The translations under genes and the position numbers were made by a program. Of a stretch of 64,000 nt of DNA, positions 25,145-38,568 are shown one piece after another. Position 1 is the first letter of the stretch, and the number at the start of each line of letters is the position of its first letter. A model generated the notes under the pieces. That model was given only the letters and a program-made list of their open reading frames with translations. It did not search any database and was not told where the DNA came from. The DNA comes from Heptranchias perlo (Eukaryota), in the NCBI RefSeq assembly GCF_035084215.1, contig NW_027139359.1, positions 124,001 through 188,000 on the forward strand, read 5' to 3'.

Positions 25145-25560
25145 GAACAACAATTTGCATTCATATAGCGCCTTTAACGTAGTAAAACGTCCGAAGGTGC
25201 TTCAGAGGAGCGATTATCGGACAAAATTTGGAAACAAGCCACATAAGCAGATATTAGGACAGTTGACAAAAGGCTTCATCAAAGAGCTAGGTTTTAAGCA
25301 GCGTCTTGAAGGAGGGGAGAGTGGTAGAGATGTTTCGGGATGGAATTCCAGAGCTTAGTGCATGGCCAGCAGAGGGCACGACTGCCGATGGTGGGGAGAT
25401 TAAAAGCGGGGATGCGCAGGAGGCCAGAATTTGAGGAATGCAAGATCTCAGAGATCTGTCGGGCTGGAGGACATTACAGAGATGGGGATGGTGAGGCGAG
25501 AGCATTGAATGAGTAGAGTCTATTGGTAACAAAGGCATGGATGAGGGTTTCAGCAGCAGA
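25145..25560 (-). mobile_element. L2-type LINE 3' end
   Basis: Starts with acaacaatttgcattcatatagcgcc (reverse of an L2-like tail); minus-strand RSLRS...SFKTLLKT; similar to 43045. Confidence 0.7.
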
Positions 25561-25807
25561 TTACAATTACAAGTGGATTTAGAGAACTTACCGACGTGGA
25601 CTTTTGCAGAATTTTAGTTGTGTTGGTGTTGTTATTCTGTGAAAGCAATTATTGATCGGTTTAGTCATTTCCAAAAGGTGCACCTAACGTAATAAACAGA
25701 GGCCACAAAAACATTCGGGATTCTAACGGCGTTTACTCTGGGTTGGGAAGATATAACTAGTTTGCAATTTGTGTGAAGTCAATTATCAGACTGCTCTGTG
25801 ACCTTAA

Positions 25808-26712
25808 CTATTTAATTAATTTAATGATTAGATCCAAAGGATACTTAATTTCATGCTTTAACTCCGTTCTGAATTTTGTCTGGGCCACTGCATAAATAAA
25901 TGTATTTGTACAGGGACTGAGAAGCTGCAGCATATACCCGGTCTGTTCCATGATGATGAGAGGGTGACTGTAGTCATTGTAGAAATGCTGAGCATCTGTA
26001 ACTTTTACACAAATGAAATATACAGTGGCTATCATCCATAGCAGTAGAAAACTGGCCGATATGGCAACCAGTAAAATAATGGATTTTCTTCTGTTCTTTA
26101 CCTCTGGGTCATTTTGATTCTCACCACTGTTGCTACCTCGAAGTGTCTTGCGGATTTTACTGACCACTAAAATGTGTCTGATGGTCAGAGCATTGAACAG
26201 AAAAATCAGGAAGAATGGAGCGAATGGTGTTAAAATGCTGTCCATCCAAGAATATGCTACCCACGCACGTACGGAATAGAAACTTGACTTTAAAGAGCAG
26301 TACCACGATACATCGTTAACTATTTTCCCAGGTTCAAAAACAAAATAGATCGGGGTGTTCTCCAAAACGCTCAGCACACACACTGCTGCTATGACGACAA
26401 TCGCAGTTTTTTCCGTGCAATATCTGAGTCTCAGCTTCTGGCAACAAATGGCCACAAATCGATCAAAGGTGAAAGAGACCGTTAACCAGACGGAACAATC
26501 AATAGCAGCAAAACCCAGGATGTGTTTCAGGCTACAAATAAGAGTGTAGTTCGGGAATGAATTTGGGAAATACATGTCATTAATCTCATACAGTATTACA
26601 TTAAATATCAGGACCAACAGATCTGCTACTGCCATGGCCACCAGGTAACGGGTGATGCATTTGGAGAGACCACACGTTCCACGGGAGAGAATCACAATCG
26701 TGAATAAGTTGG
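25808..26712 (-). CDS. GPR139-related GPCR gene 3, exon 2; intact, 324 aa with exon 1 at 38392-38461
   Basis: Acceptor tttttcatgcag| CC AAC TTA TTC ACG; 905 nt like gene 1 exon 2; AVADLL, DRF, TPFAPF, FLLLWM, NTFIY, KFRTEL; no stops. Confidence 0.93.
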
Positions 26713-27174
26713 CTGCATGAAAAAGGAAAGAAAGTGACCTGATATATTATACTGACAACAAAAGGCTCAACAGTACGAAATTATTTTTTTATATAAAATC
26801 AATGCTGATTGTTTTTCACTAAACTGATTCTCATTCTGCATTAATTGACATGCGAATCCCGAGAGGTTAAATATTTTTAGCCCTTAATCAGATAAATTAC
26901 TTTGTGATTCACCTCAAAGGAAAAGATTGCCCCTGTGGAATAAAATGGTTTTCTGTCGTTTACATCAATCTGTAGGTATCTCGATGCACAGATCGTTTCA
27001 TGCACAATGAGGGACACACACGTATAGTTTAAATTCCAAAGAAACCCTGGCTAGATTTTCCTCCATGGCCGGGTCAGCACACGAAGTGTAATGGGAATGC
27101 ACTTCCTGTGGGGGAACGTAATCGGGTAATCCGACAGTGACTGATCCCATTTGCCCCAACCAACCCATTCATTA

Positions 27175-28822
27175 CTGTGGGTGGACTACCAATGCTATCA
27201 TTAGAGAAACGTTACTAGGCAAACTAATGGGTCTAAAGGCTGACAAGTTCCCTGGACATGATGGCTTTCATCCGAGGGTCTTAAAGGAAGTGGCTACCGA
27301 CATAGTCGATGCATCGGTTGTAATCTTCCAGAATTCACTAGAGTCTAGAAAGGTCCCAGCATATTGGAAAACGGAAAACGTAACATCCCTCTTCAAGAAG
27401 GGAGTGAGACAGAAAGCAGGTAACTATAGACCAGTTAGCCTAACATCTGTCATTGGGAAAATGCTAGAATCCATTATTAAGGAAGTAGGAGCTGGATATT
27501 TGGAGACTCATAATACAATCAAGGAGAGTTAACGTGGCATTATGAAGGGGAAATCGTGTCGGATAATTTGTTAGAGCTCTTTGAGGAAGTAACGGGCAGG
27601 GTGGATAAAGGGGAACCAATGGATGCAGTATATTTGGATTTCCAAAAGGCATTCGATAAGGTGCCACATAAAATATTACTGCACAAGATAAGAGTTCATG
27701 GTGTTGGGGGTAATATACTGGCATAGGCAGAGGATTGGCTAACTAACAGAAAACAAAGAGTCGGGCGATAAGGGTCAATTTCAAAATGGCAACCTGTAAC
27801 TAGTGGGGTGCCGAAGGGCTCAGTGCTGGGGCCTCAACTATTTACAATATATATCAATGACTTGGATGAAGGAACAGAGTGTCTCGTGGCCAAATTTGCT
27901 AATGATACAAAGATAGCTGGAAAAGCAAGTTGTGATGAGCTCACAGAGTGAGTGCAAAGAGATATTGACAGGTTGAGTGAATGGGCAAAAATTTGGCAGA
28001 TGGAATATAATGTGGGAAAATGTGAAGTCATCCACTTTGGAGGAAAAATAAAAGAGGAAAATATTATTTGAATGGAGAAATACTACAAAATGCTGCGGTA
28101 CAGAGGGATCTGGGTGTCCTCCTACATGAAACACAAGAAGTCAACATACAGTTGCAGCAGGTTATCCGGAAGGCAAACGAAATTTTTGCCTTTATTTCGA
28201 GGGGGTTAGAATATAAAAGCAGGGAAGTCATGCCAAATGTACAGGGTGCTGGTGAGACCACACCTGGAGTACTGCATACAGTTCTGGTGCCGTTATTTAA
28301 GGAAGGACATACTTGCATTGGAGGCAGTTCAGAGAAGGTTCACTAGGTTGATTCCGGGTATGGAACGGTTGACTTATGAGGAAAGATTGAACAGGTTGGG
28401 TCTATACTCATTGGAGTTTAGAAGAATGAGAGGAGATCTTTTTGAAGCATACAAGACTCTGAGGGGACTCGATAGGGTAAATGCTGAGAGGATGTTATCC
28501 CTCATGGGGGAATCTAAAACTAGGGGGCATAGTCTCAGATTAAGCGGTCGCCCGTTTAAGACGGAAATGAGGAGGAATTTTGTTCTCCCAGAGGTTCGTG
28601 AATCTTTGGAATTCTTCACCCCAAAAAGCTGTGGAGGCTTGAATACATTCAAGGCTGAGTTAGACAAATTTTTGATCAGCAAGGGATTCAAAGGATATGG
28701 GGAAAAGGCGGGAAATTGGAGTTGAGGTAAAAATCAGTTGAGCCATGATCTCATTGAATGGCGGAGCAGGCGCGAGGGGCCGGATGGCCCTCTCCTGCTC
28801 CTACCTCATATAGTCTTATGAT
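27175..28822 (+). mobile_element. CR1 LINE, 5'-truncated (RT + 3' UTR), in the gene 3 intron
   Basis: PGHDGFHPRVLKE, GNYRPVSLTS, RPHLEYCIQFW, RRMRGDL; 3' UTR and tail to ~28820. Confidence 0.93.
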
Positions 28823-28979
28823 GTATTAACGACACCCATTGACAAACTATCTTAGCAGGTGGGGAAAGAAAAACGTAGTTGCTGTTCTGTGAAAGTGGTT
28901 ATTGCGTCTAACAAACCTGGAAGAGCCATTCAAATGACGGAATTCAATGGCGTGCCAGGAAATGTCGGAATTAGGTTTT

Positions 28980-29200
28980 TGGGGCTGGAGAGCCTCAAAG
29001 TTTTCAGAAGCATCAGTGGAAATCTTACTGCAAGGAATATGAGGAACATGATTTCTGGAATGAAGGGCAGGACATCCACGATGTCTACGGTGATAGCTGA
29101 ATGGAATAGGTAACCATGGCAGCGACTGATTTCCCCTGGTTGTCCGAGAATGGGAAACCAATCTTATAAGAATTTGAATGACCTCAGCGCGTTAGTCAGG
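28980..29200 (+). mobile_element. PIF/Harbinger Myb/SANT ORF remnant
   Basis: RASKFSEASVEILLQ...Q..KNLNDL pattern parallels 22640-22870. Confidence 0.45.
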
Positions 29201-29944
29201 GGAAGAGGAGACAGAACTTACTTCAAACAAGATCTCCTTTAGAACAGAGTTGGCTTTCATCTTTGCGTGCCACACTAATTATATCATCCCCGTTATGGAC
29301 CGGAAGGATGAGATTTTTTATGCCCCCAGTCTTACAATATTTACTTTGGTTTCATTCCCTGTAATGTTTTTGCCACATTTCTTTACGGGAACGAATGTTC
29401 ACTTACACCGAAGTGAGACGAGGGCAGGACTCTAAAGATTCCCTCCTCTCATCTCACTGGAGCAGAAAGCCCTGGAATTGCTCGACAGGAAGCAGGAGGT
29501 GTATTGCCAGCTGCAGGTTGGTAATTGTCCAACTGTACTCTTCTTCTTTTCAGCTGCACAAATACTACCTCAAAACATCCAGAAGGCTAAAGCTCCCAAC
29601 TCGCTCTGAAAGTGTTCTGACCACTGGCCATCTCTGCAGTTCCTGCGAACCTTTCTTCTTTATATATCATAATAGGAAAACTAGAGACAAGTAAAATAGA
29701 ATGTGCCTGAAGAAGACGGTGCCTCATTTTCATCACCACCCAACTCCAGTCACTTTCTCACCCACGAAAACACTAGTGCAGGCACAATACCCAGGAGGGC
29801 CTAGTCAGTGACAGTGAGGGGCAGGCACGAAGCACCAAGCACGAATGGTATATTGGCGATAGAGGCAGCACCTGAGAACCTGATCATTGTCGTCAGGAGG
29901 GGCAGCAGGTAGCTGCACTCATTTGACTAACCTCTGGACTTGGA

Positions 29945-32900
29945 TCTCATAATTGTTGCCTGAATACTGGTGAGGGTGAGAGTTCCTTTGAAGGAAAGCA
30001 GCCGGAGCCAACAACATAGTAACATGGCACAGCTGTACAGGGCAGGGGAAGGAGAAATGTCAGGACATCAATAGTGACATGGGGATTCTATATTTAGGGG
30101 AGCAAACAGGCGTTTCTGTGGCCGCAGACGTGATTCCAGAATGGTATATTGCCTCCCTGGTGCCAAGGTCAAGGATGACACTGAGCGGCTGCAGTACATT
30201 CTGGGGGGAGGGGGATGAGGGTGAACAGCCAGAGGTCGTGGACGATATCGGTACCAACGACATAGGTAGAAAGAGGGATGAGGTCCTGCAGGCAGATAAG
30301 GAATTAGGAAAGAGATTAATAAGCAGGACCTCCAGGGTAGTAATCTCCAGATTATTCCTAGTGCCATGCGCTAGTGAGTATAGAAATAGGAGAATAGAGC
30401 AGATGAATGTGTGCCTGGAGAGATGGTGCAGGAGGGAGGGCTTTAGATTTCTGGGGCATTGGGACCGGTTCAGGGGGAGTTGGGAAATGTACAAGACGGA
30501 CGGGTTGCACCTCAACAGTGGCAGGGCCAATATCTTTGCGGGGAGATTGGCTTGTGCTGTTGGGGAGGGTATATACTAACTTGGTAGGGGGGTGGAAACT
30601 TGAGAGGAGATTCAGAAGGGAGAGTAACAAAGCTGGAAGCAGAAGGGAGAAAAGTAGTATGTGAAATTGGAAGTCAGTAGAAACAAAGGCCAGCAGCAAA
30701 TAAGGTCAAAATTGGAAAAAATGTTTAAAAAAGCAAAATTAAAGGCACTTTACCTGAGTGCATGCAGCATTCGCAACAAGGTAGATGAATTGATAGCACA
30801 AATAGAAGTAAATGGTATGATCTCATTGCCATTACCGAGGCGTGGCTGCAGGGTGTCCAAGGCTGTGAACTGAACATTCATGGATATTCGACATTTAGGA
30901 ATGACAGGCAAAAAGGAAAGGAGGTGGGGTAGCGCTGTTAAGAAAGGATGAGATCAGTTCGACAGTGTGAAAGGATCTTGGCTGAGAAGATCAAATGCAG
31001 AATCAGTTTGGGCGGAGCGAAGAAAGATCAAGGGGCAGAAAACATTGGTGCGAGTTTTTTATAGGCCACCAAACAGTAGTGGTAATCTAGTGCATGTTAT
31101 AAAGCAGGAAATTAGAAGTGCATATAACAAGGGTAATACAATGATCATGTGGGACTTTACATATAGATTGGGCAAACCAAATAACCAACAAATACTGTGG
31201 AGGACGAATTTCTGGAATGTATACGAGATGGTTTTCTAGATCAGTATGTTGAGGAACCAACTAGGGAATAGGCTATTTTAGATCTAGTATTGAGCAATGA
31301 GAAAGGATAATTAATAGTGTTGTTGTAAAAGAGCTCTTAGGGAGGAGTGACCATAATATGATAGAATTCTTCAATAAGTTTGAAAGTGATGTCGTTCAAT
31401 ACGAAACTATGGCTGTAATTGTAAACAAAGGAAACTACGAAGGTATGAGGCTCAACTTGGCTGTGGTTTATTGGGGAACTACATTAAAAGGCATGATGGT
31501 AGGCAGGCAATGGCTAACATTTAAAGAATTAATAAACAATTTGCAACAAATATATATCGCTTTAAGGAACAAAAACTCAACATGAAAAGTGGTCCAACCG
31601 TGGCTAACAAGAGAAGTTAAATATAGTATTAAATCAAAGGAAGAGGAATATAAAGTTGCCAGAAAAAGCAGTAAGCCTGAGGATTGGGATCCTATTAGAA
31701 TACAACAAAGGAGAACCAAGAAATTAATCAAGAAAGGGAAATAGAATATGAGAGTATACTAGCGAGAAACATAAAAATGGACTGTAAAAGTTTCTAAAGG
31801 TATGTAAAAAGGAAAAGGCTGGTAAAGGCAAATGGGAGTCCCTTACAGACAGAAATTGGATAATTTTTAATGAGTAATAAGGAAATGGCAGAGAAATTAA
31901 ACAAATACCTTGCTTCTGTCTTCACGGGAGAAGACACAAAAATCTCCCAGAAATATAAGAGTACAAAGAGGCTGGTGAGAATGAGGAGCTGAAAGAAATT
32001 AGTATTAGTAAAAAAAAAACAGCACTAGAGAAATTAATAGGATCTGATGATCTACATCCCAGGGCTTTGAAAGAAGTGGCTATAGAGGTCGTGAATGCAT
32101 AGCTTGTCATCTTCCAAAATTCGATAGATTCTGGAATGGTTCCTGCAGATTGGAGTGTAGCAAATGTAACCGCACTATTTAAGAAATGAGGGAGAGAGAA
32201 AACAGGGAACTACAGACCTGTTAGCCTGACATCAATAGTCGGCAAAATGCTAGAATCTATTCTGAAGAATGTGGTAATAGGACACTTAGAAAATAATAAA
32301 AGGATTTGACAGAGTCAACATGGGTTTATGAAATGGATATCATTTTTTACAAACCTAGTGGAGTTCTTTGAGGATGTCACTCTTAGAATAGATAATGGGG
32401 AACAAGTGGATGCGGTGTATTTGGATTTTCAGAAGGCATTCGATAAGGTCCCACCCAGGAGATTGGTGAACAAAGTTAGAGCACATGGGATTAAGGTAAT
32501 ATACTGGCATGGATTGAGAATTGGTTCACAAACGGAAAACAGAGAGTAGGAATAAACGGGTCTTCTTCATGTTGGCAGACTGTGACTAGTGAGGTATTGC
32601 AGGGATCGGTTCTTGGGCCCCAGCTTTTCATAACCTGTATTTATGATTTGGATGAGCGGACCAAATGTAATATTTCCAAGTTTGCTGATGTTAAAAAAAT
32701 GGGTGGGAATGTGAGTTGCTAGGAGGATGCAAAGAGGCTTCAAGGCGATAGAGACAGGCTAAATGAGTAGGCAAAACATGGCAGATGGAATATAATGTGA
32801 TCTTATCCACTTTGATAAGAAAAACAGGAATGCAGATTTTTTTTTAATGGTGAGAGATTGGGAAATGTTGATGTGCAAAGGGACCTGGATGTCCTTGATC

Positions 32901-33880
32901 ATGAGTCACTGAAAGCTAAGATGCAGGTGCAGCAAGACATTAGGAAGGAAAATCGAATGTTGGCATTTATAACAAAAGGATTTGAGTACAGGTGTAAAGA
33001 TGCCTTACTGCAATTATGCAGGGCCTTGGTGAAACCGCACCTGGGGTAATGGGTACAATTTTGGTTTCCTAACATAAGAATGGACGTACTTTCCATGGAG
33101 GGGGTGCAACGAAAGCTCACCAGACTGATTCCTGGGATGGCGAGATTTTCGTTTAAGAAGATATTGATTGACTAGGCGTGTATTCTGTAGAGTTTAAAAG
33201 AATGAGAGTAGATCTCATTGAAATATACAAAATTCTTACAGGGCTCGACAGGTTAGATTCAGGGAGGATGTTTCCGCTGGCTGGGGAGACTAGAACCAGG
33301 GGATCACAGTCTCAGAATAAGGGGTAGGCCATTTAGGACTGATGCGAGGAGAAATTTCTTTACTCAGAGGGTGGTGAATCTTTGGTATTCTCTCCCCAGA
33401 GCCAGACCTTTCAGGAGCGAGATTAGAAAACATTTCTACACACAAAGGGTTGTAGAAGGTTGGAACGCTCTTCCACAAACGGCAATTGATACTAGCTCAA
33501 TTGCTAAATTTAAATCTGAGATAGATAGCTTTTTGGCAACCAAAGGCATTAAGGGATATGGGCCAAAGGCAGGTATATGGAGCTAGATCACAGATCAGCC
33601 ATGATCTTATCAAATGGCGGAGCAGGCACGAGGGGCTGAATGGTCTACTCATGTTCTTATATTCCTATGTTCCTATATTCACTGGAGGCTCAGTCATTGA
33701 GTACATTCAAAACAGCGATCGATAGATTTCTAGATATTAATGGCATCAAGGGATATGGTGATAGTGCAGGAAAATGAATTTGAGGTGGAAGATCAGCCAT
33801 GATCTTGTTGAATAGCAGAGCAGGCTCGAGGGGCCGGGTGACCTACTTCTACTCCTGTTTCTCATGTCCTTATGTTCTCA
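29945..33880 (+). mobile_element. Near full-length CR1 LINE (SGNH-esterase ORF1 + APE-RT ORF2), inactivated, with a second CR1 3' fragment nested at ~33401-33675
   Basis: ORF1 IGTNDIG...TDGLHLN; ORF2 [30 protein letters not shown]; the tail is interrupted at ctctccccagag and resumes at tggaggctcagtc. Confidence 0.93.
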
Positions 33881-34880
33881 AAGGAAGGATGGCAGCAGAG
33901 CATCAAACGCATGAAGGCGGCATTCGGGAACTCAGTTGGGGAAGGACATGAATTTCATTTGTGGTACCATTGCAAAGCTATAGAGTAAACTCTGTAGAAC
34001 CCCATAATTTCGTAATGGAAAATATGACTGCCATCTTCGACACCTTCGGGAACAGAGCAGAGAGATCGTGCTCTCAGGGCCTCCACTAAATGCTACTATT
34101 TGGTTCACTTTTCCTGAGGGTGAAAGCAGATTAACAGCCCAGCATGTGTGGCCTGGCAGGAGCAAACATGAAGGATGATGCTGTCTCTCAGGAGGATTCA
34201 GCTAGTCAGCCTTCATTCAACCCCCTCTTAGATCGCTGTATGTGGCAATCATTAGGCAGGGGCAGGTTCTCCTTGCTTTGACATTGGAGATGAAACCACC
34301 ATCTGATCCCTCATGGTTCATAGCTGTGATCAGGCAAAGGCTACTTCAGTTCCAGGGAGCTCTTGCTGGGAGGCGTCAGCTATCAACTTCTGAACCCTTT
34401 GGCACTGAGTGAGCGATGCAGATAAGTATGATGACGGACATTAAGTAATGAAGAGCGTAGTTGCTAAGGATAAGCAATGTGGAAGTAAGAAAAGTATATA
34501 TTAGTGCACTGGTTTTATTAAATTAATATTTCCACTGAAATTATTTATTGTGACTGATTACTGGGAGAGTGTTGTAATGCAAGGGAGAAAGAACATGGAC
34601 ATGCTTCAGACATGATGCTTGTGCTACAAAATCACCAGTGAGAATGTGATTGAGATAAAGCTGTTGTCATGAGGGTCACGAAAATTGTAGCGCTGTTAAT
34701 GCTTACAGTTTGGTCATTATTCAGGTGAAGTTGTTGCTAATGAGCTGTTGTCGCCATTGTGCATGACCAGCCAACTCTTTATCAGGCTCCAACTAGTACT
34801 CTGGCTCTGTGTCATCAGTCTGCTGACCCTGATTGCCTGGAGCTTCATCCATGACATCTTCGGACTCATTGGGTTGTTGA

Positions 34881-35030
34881 CGCATTGTGTAATATGCAGC
34901 AGAGCAACGTGATATAAGATACTCACGATGGTCTGTACCACAGGCTATCTCGGCACCTGAAGATTGCGTTCAGAATGCGAGTGGTCTACTCCACAATCAT
35001 CCTCGTAGCGCCATGAGCTTTATTGCATCT
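34881..35030 (-). mobile_element. Harbinger (HARBI1-like) DDE transposase C-terminal remnant
   Basis: Minus-strand translation RCNKAHGATRMIVE*TTRILNAIFRCRDSLWYRPS*VSYITLLCCILHN fits the N.AH..TR..VE...LK..FRCL...CC.LHN pattern. Confidence 0.78.
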
Positions 35031-35255
35031 TACCTTGTGGAGTGTCTTACATATCGTAGCAGAATCGTGAGTTCATGATGCAGAGAGTCGTCCTTAGGAG
35101 TAGCCATCTGGACAGAGGCTTTTCACCTCTGAACTGTACGGGAATGGTCTCATCCAATACTACGGAGCCACAAAACAATTCAATGTGAACAATAAATATC
35201 TCTGCAATTCAAGGTGAAATAACTTAAGGAGATTGGTTAGAGTGTTTCCTAAACT

Positions 35256-35581
35256 GGCTCCTAAATTCCTGGGGGGGGGGGGGGGGGAGGTGGGAGGAGA
35301 AAGCAAGTTATGCAGGGGGCGGTGGGGGCCGGGGGTGGAAGTTGCGGAGTAAGCCAGTTTTGCCAGCAGAAGGCCGTTTTTTATGTTGTTAAATTCCGAT
35401 GTAAGCGGCAGATGCAAGAAGCATCTGTCTCCTCGGACATGACGTGAGTCAGATAGGTGGGACTGGTTGCCATTGCAGCCCTCGCGCCAGGTCCGCCCTC
35501 AATGTGCTGAACGGAAAATACACCTGGATTAGGGACCTAATTCCATCTAGCGAAATTCCGTTCAAGTTGGAATTTCGGGCC
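35256..35581. mobile_element. MITE containing a G17 run
   Basis: Ends ggctcctaaattcc / ggaatttcgggcc; poly-G 35271-35287. Confidence 0.45.
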
Positions 35582-36524
35582 TAATGTCAATTTCGTGAAG
35601 GCAATCAATCTCAGAGTGACCGACTGAAATTCGTCAAGCGGCTCCAAAGAAACGACTCAGCATTTTATTTCAATTTAAATTCTTCAGAAACAACTACCCC
35701 TCCAATGTTGCAATAAGGTGGCACATTAACTGTCCTGGCCCTTTGTGGGGCAGATGAGCAGAGTAACATAAATGGCGCATGCATCAACCACCTTTGTGTA
35801 AATGACATCATCCACAGGAGGCCATCCCTGGCCCAGACTGGCTGCCAGAAATGCCACCTCACTGCTTGTCCAGTGGTGGAGCAGGACATGAGCAATCTCG
35901 GATCTAATATTTACATTTGGAAGTCAATCAGAATAAAAAGGGCACCTGCTTCTCTCTCGCCAAGCCTATCACATCGTGCCTGAGTCCGTGGGTCCACCTA
36001 CATGACAATGAGAAAATGAAACACGCTCACACAACATCTGGGTCAAAAGTGCTACCATTCCAATGTGTGCCGTCTTCTCCAAGGATACCTGTAATCAATC
36101 TGGGAAGCCAACATGCATTGCCATGGATTTCCATAGTCACCACGAGCCTCCCTATTTATGTCGCTGGCTCATTCTAACCCAACACTACAATATCAGCTTA
36201 TGAATTGACCACGGATATATCAAAAAGCTGAGTGAAGCATCATTCAGGACGGCGAGCAATGTATGTTCCTTTCCTAATGAGCAGGAGCATAAGTATAACA
36301 TAGCTCACCAAGCTTCCTGCATTTCCAGATTTGATAAATAACAGTCCAGGACCGATAGCACCTGCTGGCCAGCAGTGCCCTGTTTGCTATACAATCACAT
36401 TACTTCCGTTCTCACCTATTAATCTGCCACAACTGCTGCGACCTCCTGAATCTAATTCATTGCATCACCCAGGATATGCGAAGAGGAGATGCTGCTTGAA
36501 ATCTTCGGTGAGTTTGACTCACAA

Positions 36525-36718
36525 GAGTAGATTGTCATCTTCACCGCCTGGGTGGCAATCTGGTGGAATGGTTCCCCTCCCCAATCCCCCCGTTGTAGAA
36601 ACTGCTCGATTTCCATTCCAAGGTTTCAAATGGAATAAAAATCGGTTGCTTCTTATATGGGGTGGACCATCTGCTCTGCCAGATCACTAACCAGGAGGTG
36701 AAGATGAAAATCTGCCCC
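36525..36718. mobile_element. Palindromic MITE
   Basis: gtagattgtcatcttcaccgcctgg / ccaggaggtgaagatgaaaatctgc long imperfect inverted repeat. Confidence 0.75.
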
Positions 36719-36809
36719 AAATTGTTGTATCTACTCTTCTAGATCTACAATGACAGACAAATTGGCAGATGTTGAATTGTGCTGCTAACTTTCTCAAGGA
36801 GCTACGGCA

Positions 36810-37160
36810 TCTAGGTGGCTGGTCCAGTTAAGTTTCTGGTCAATGATGACCCCAGGCTATTGATGGTGCGAGACTTGGTGATGGTAGTGCTATTGAATGT
36901 CAAGGGAAGGTGGTTTGGTTCTCTCTTGTTAAAGATGGACATCGCCTGGCACTTGCGTGGCGCTATTGGCTCGTTACCAGCCCACCCTTGGATGTTGTCC
37001 ATATCTTGCTGCAAGCAGGCATGGACTCATTCATTATCTGAGGAATTTTGAATGGAGCTGAACACTGTGCAACTAGTCCAATTTCTAACATGATGGTGGC
37101 AAAGTCATTGACGAAGTAGCTGAAGATAGCTGGGCCTACATGATACCCAAATGACAAACA
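36810..37160 (-). mobile_element. Non-LTR retrotransposon RT fragment (family of 10740-11500)
   Basis: GPAIFSYFVND, MQQDMDNIQGWA...KCQAMSIFNKREPNHLPLTFN. Confidence 0.75.
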
Positions 37161-38391
37161 TACATCTGATACAAGGGTTGCTTTTTCAAGTGAAAATGTT
37201 CCTTGCAGGAATTTTATTCAATTACAAGTTATGCAGCTAAATGCAATCTACCTTTGTAAATTTCCTGTAAATAGAAGGTTCCTTGAGCATCTGGACAGCT
37301 GTCCTCCTAACTATGGTGTCGGATCTGGTTTCCCTCATGAAAGTCTTGTTGCATCTTTTCGAAGAAAGGTGCCATGTGAACGGAAAATCGCAACCATTCC
37401 ACATGGAACATTATATCCAGGTATTTCTTTGCGAATTATTCTGTAAATACTGTGCTCTGTGTACTTACAAGTACTGGTCCTAGAACCCAAACAAAAAGGA
37501 ATGTTCCCTTTCAGTCTCAGCAGCAATTCTGTGCAATAGATGCCCGGCTAAATATCCAAACCCTGCAGTGAGCGTGTTTCTCTCCCCGTGTCCAATTTGA
37601 ACAGGGAGTGCTTCATTGTTATTTCAGTCAGCGGGCCTGGAAGTATCCTGCAATTTCTCCACGAACTTTTCAATGGTCCCACCACCACTTCATAAGACCA
37701 CAAAATTAACCTTATAGACAGAGAAATATAACTCACTTATACATGCCACAACATTCGACATTTAATTACTTATAAGAACCTATAACTACGAAAAACGCAG
37801 GAAAAGAGAGAGTCCTACCCCTTGTACCAGAGCCGTATCAGTACTGTTCATTGACAGTTCACACATATATATCAGGACCATTTTGCTCATGGAAGTATAA
37901 TTATTCACACTGAGAGTAGTATGAATTACATTTTTTTAAATATTGTTTTTCTGCTCCCCTGAATGGAATAATGAAAATCATAAACTCATAAATGAATATT
38001 TAATATGTGATGGGTACACTTCGTCTGGATAGATCTAAATTGTTCATTGGGCATTTTTTAACGTTAACATTTACCAATTTATTTTAAATAGCTCAGCTAT
38101 TAAATAAAAATATTGTTCGGAATTTCAAGGATCTTCTCCTGAATAAAGGAGAATAAAATCAGTAAAATTGCTGATTTTCAAGTTTAAGAGAAAATTGCAC
38201 TTTCTCTCAGCTAAGTCCATTGAGAATGTTTTGGAAACTGAAGGGAGTGTTTTCATTGAGCTGATTCAATCAGTAACAAAATATCAAACATATCACAACA
38301 TACAGATGTTATTATTAGGCAGGCAGAAAGGGCTGCAATTCAGTTAACGACTGACATTGCTAAAAAAAAATAATGGTGCATAGTGACTTAC

Positions 38392-38461
38392 CAGGAACAC
38401 CAACAACTGCAAGAATAGGATAGTAAATTTCTTCTATCTGAGCAATTATTGGCCGCCCCAT
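38392..38461 (-). CDS. GPCR gene 3, coding exon 1
   Basis: Reverse complement encodes MGRPIIAQIEEIYYPILAVVGVP-G, 70 nt, donor G|gtaagt, phase 1; paralogue of 12935-13004; implies an 11.7-kb intron. Confidence 0.88.
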
Positions 38462-38532
38462 TCGTCCGATAGGTGATGTTATCTGTTGGTTTGAATGACA
38501 GGCAGATGAGTTGGCTTCAAAGCTACCGTTGA

Positions 38533-38568
38533 TTTATACTTGTGAAATGTCCCAAGTGAGGCAATTAG
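38533..38568 (-). promoter_or_regulatory. Proximal promoter of GPCR gene 3: homeodomain site, Olf1/EBF-like site, TATA box
   Basis: Minus strand: TAATTG (38567-38562), 2 nt, TCACTTGGGA (38559-38550), TATAAA (38538-38533, 77 nt before ATG). Confidence 0.7.

Noticed and set aside
30079-30579. SGNH/GDSL esterase as a metabolic gene
   Set aside because: It is the ORF1 esterase of the CR1 element, directly upstream of APE-RT, and is frameshifted.
35271-35340. G17 run and G-tracts as a functional G-quadruplex
   Set aside because: It lies inside a repeat element, homopolymer length is unreliable, and there is no evidence of conservation.
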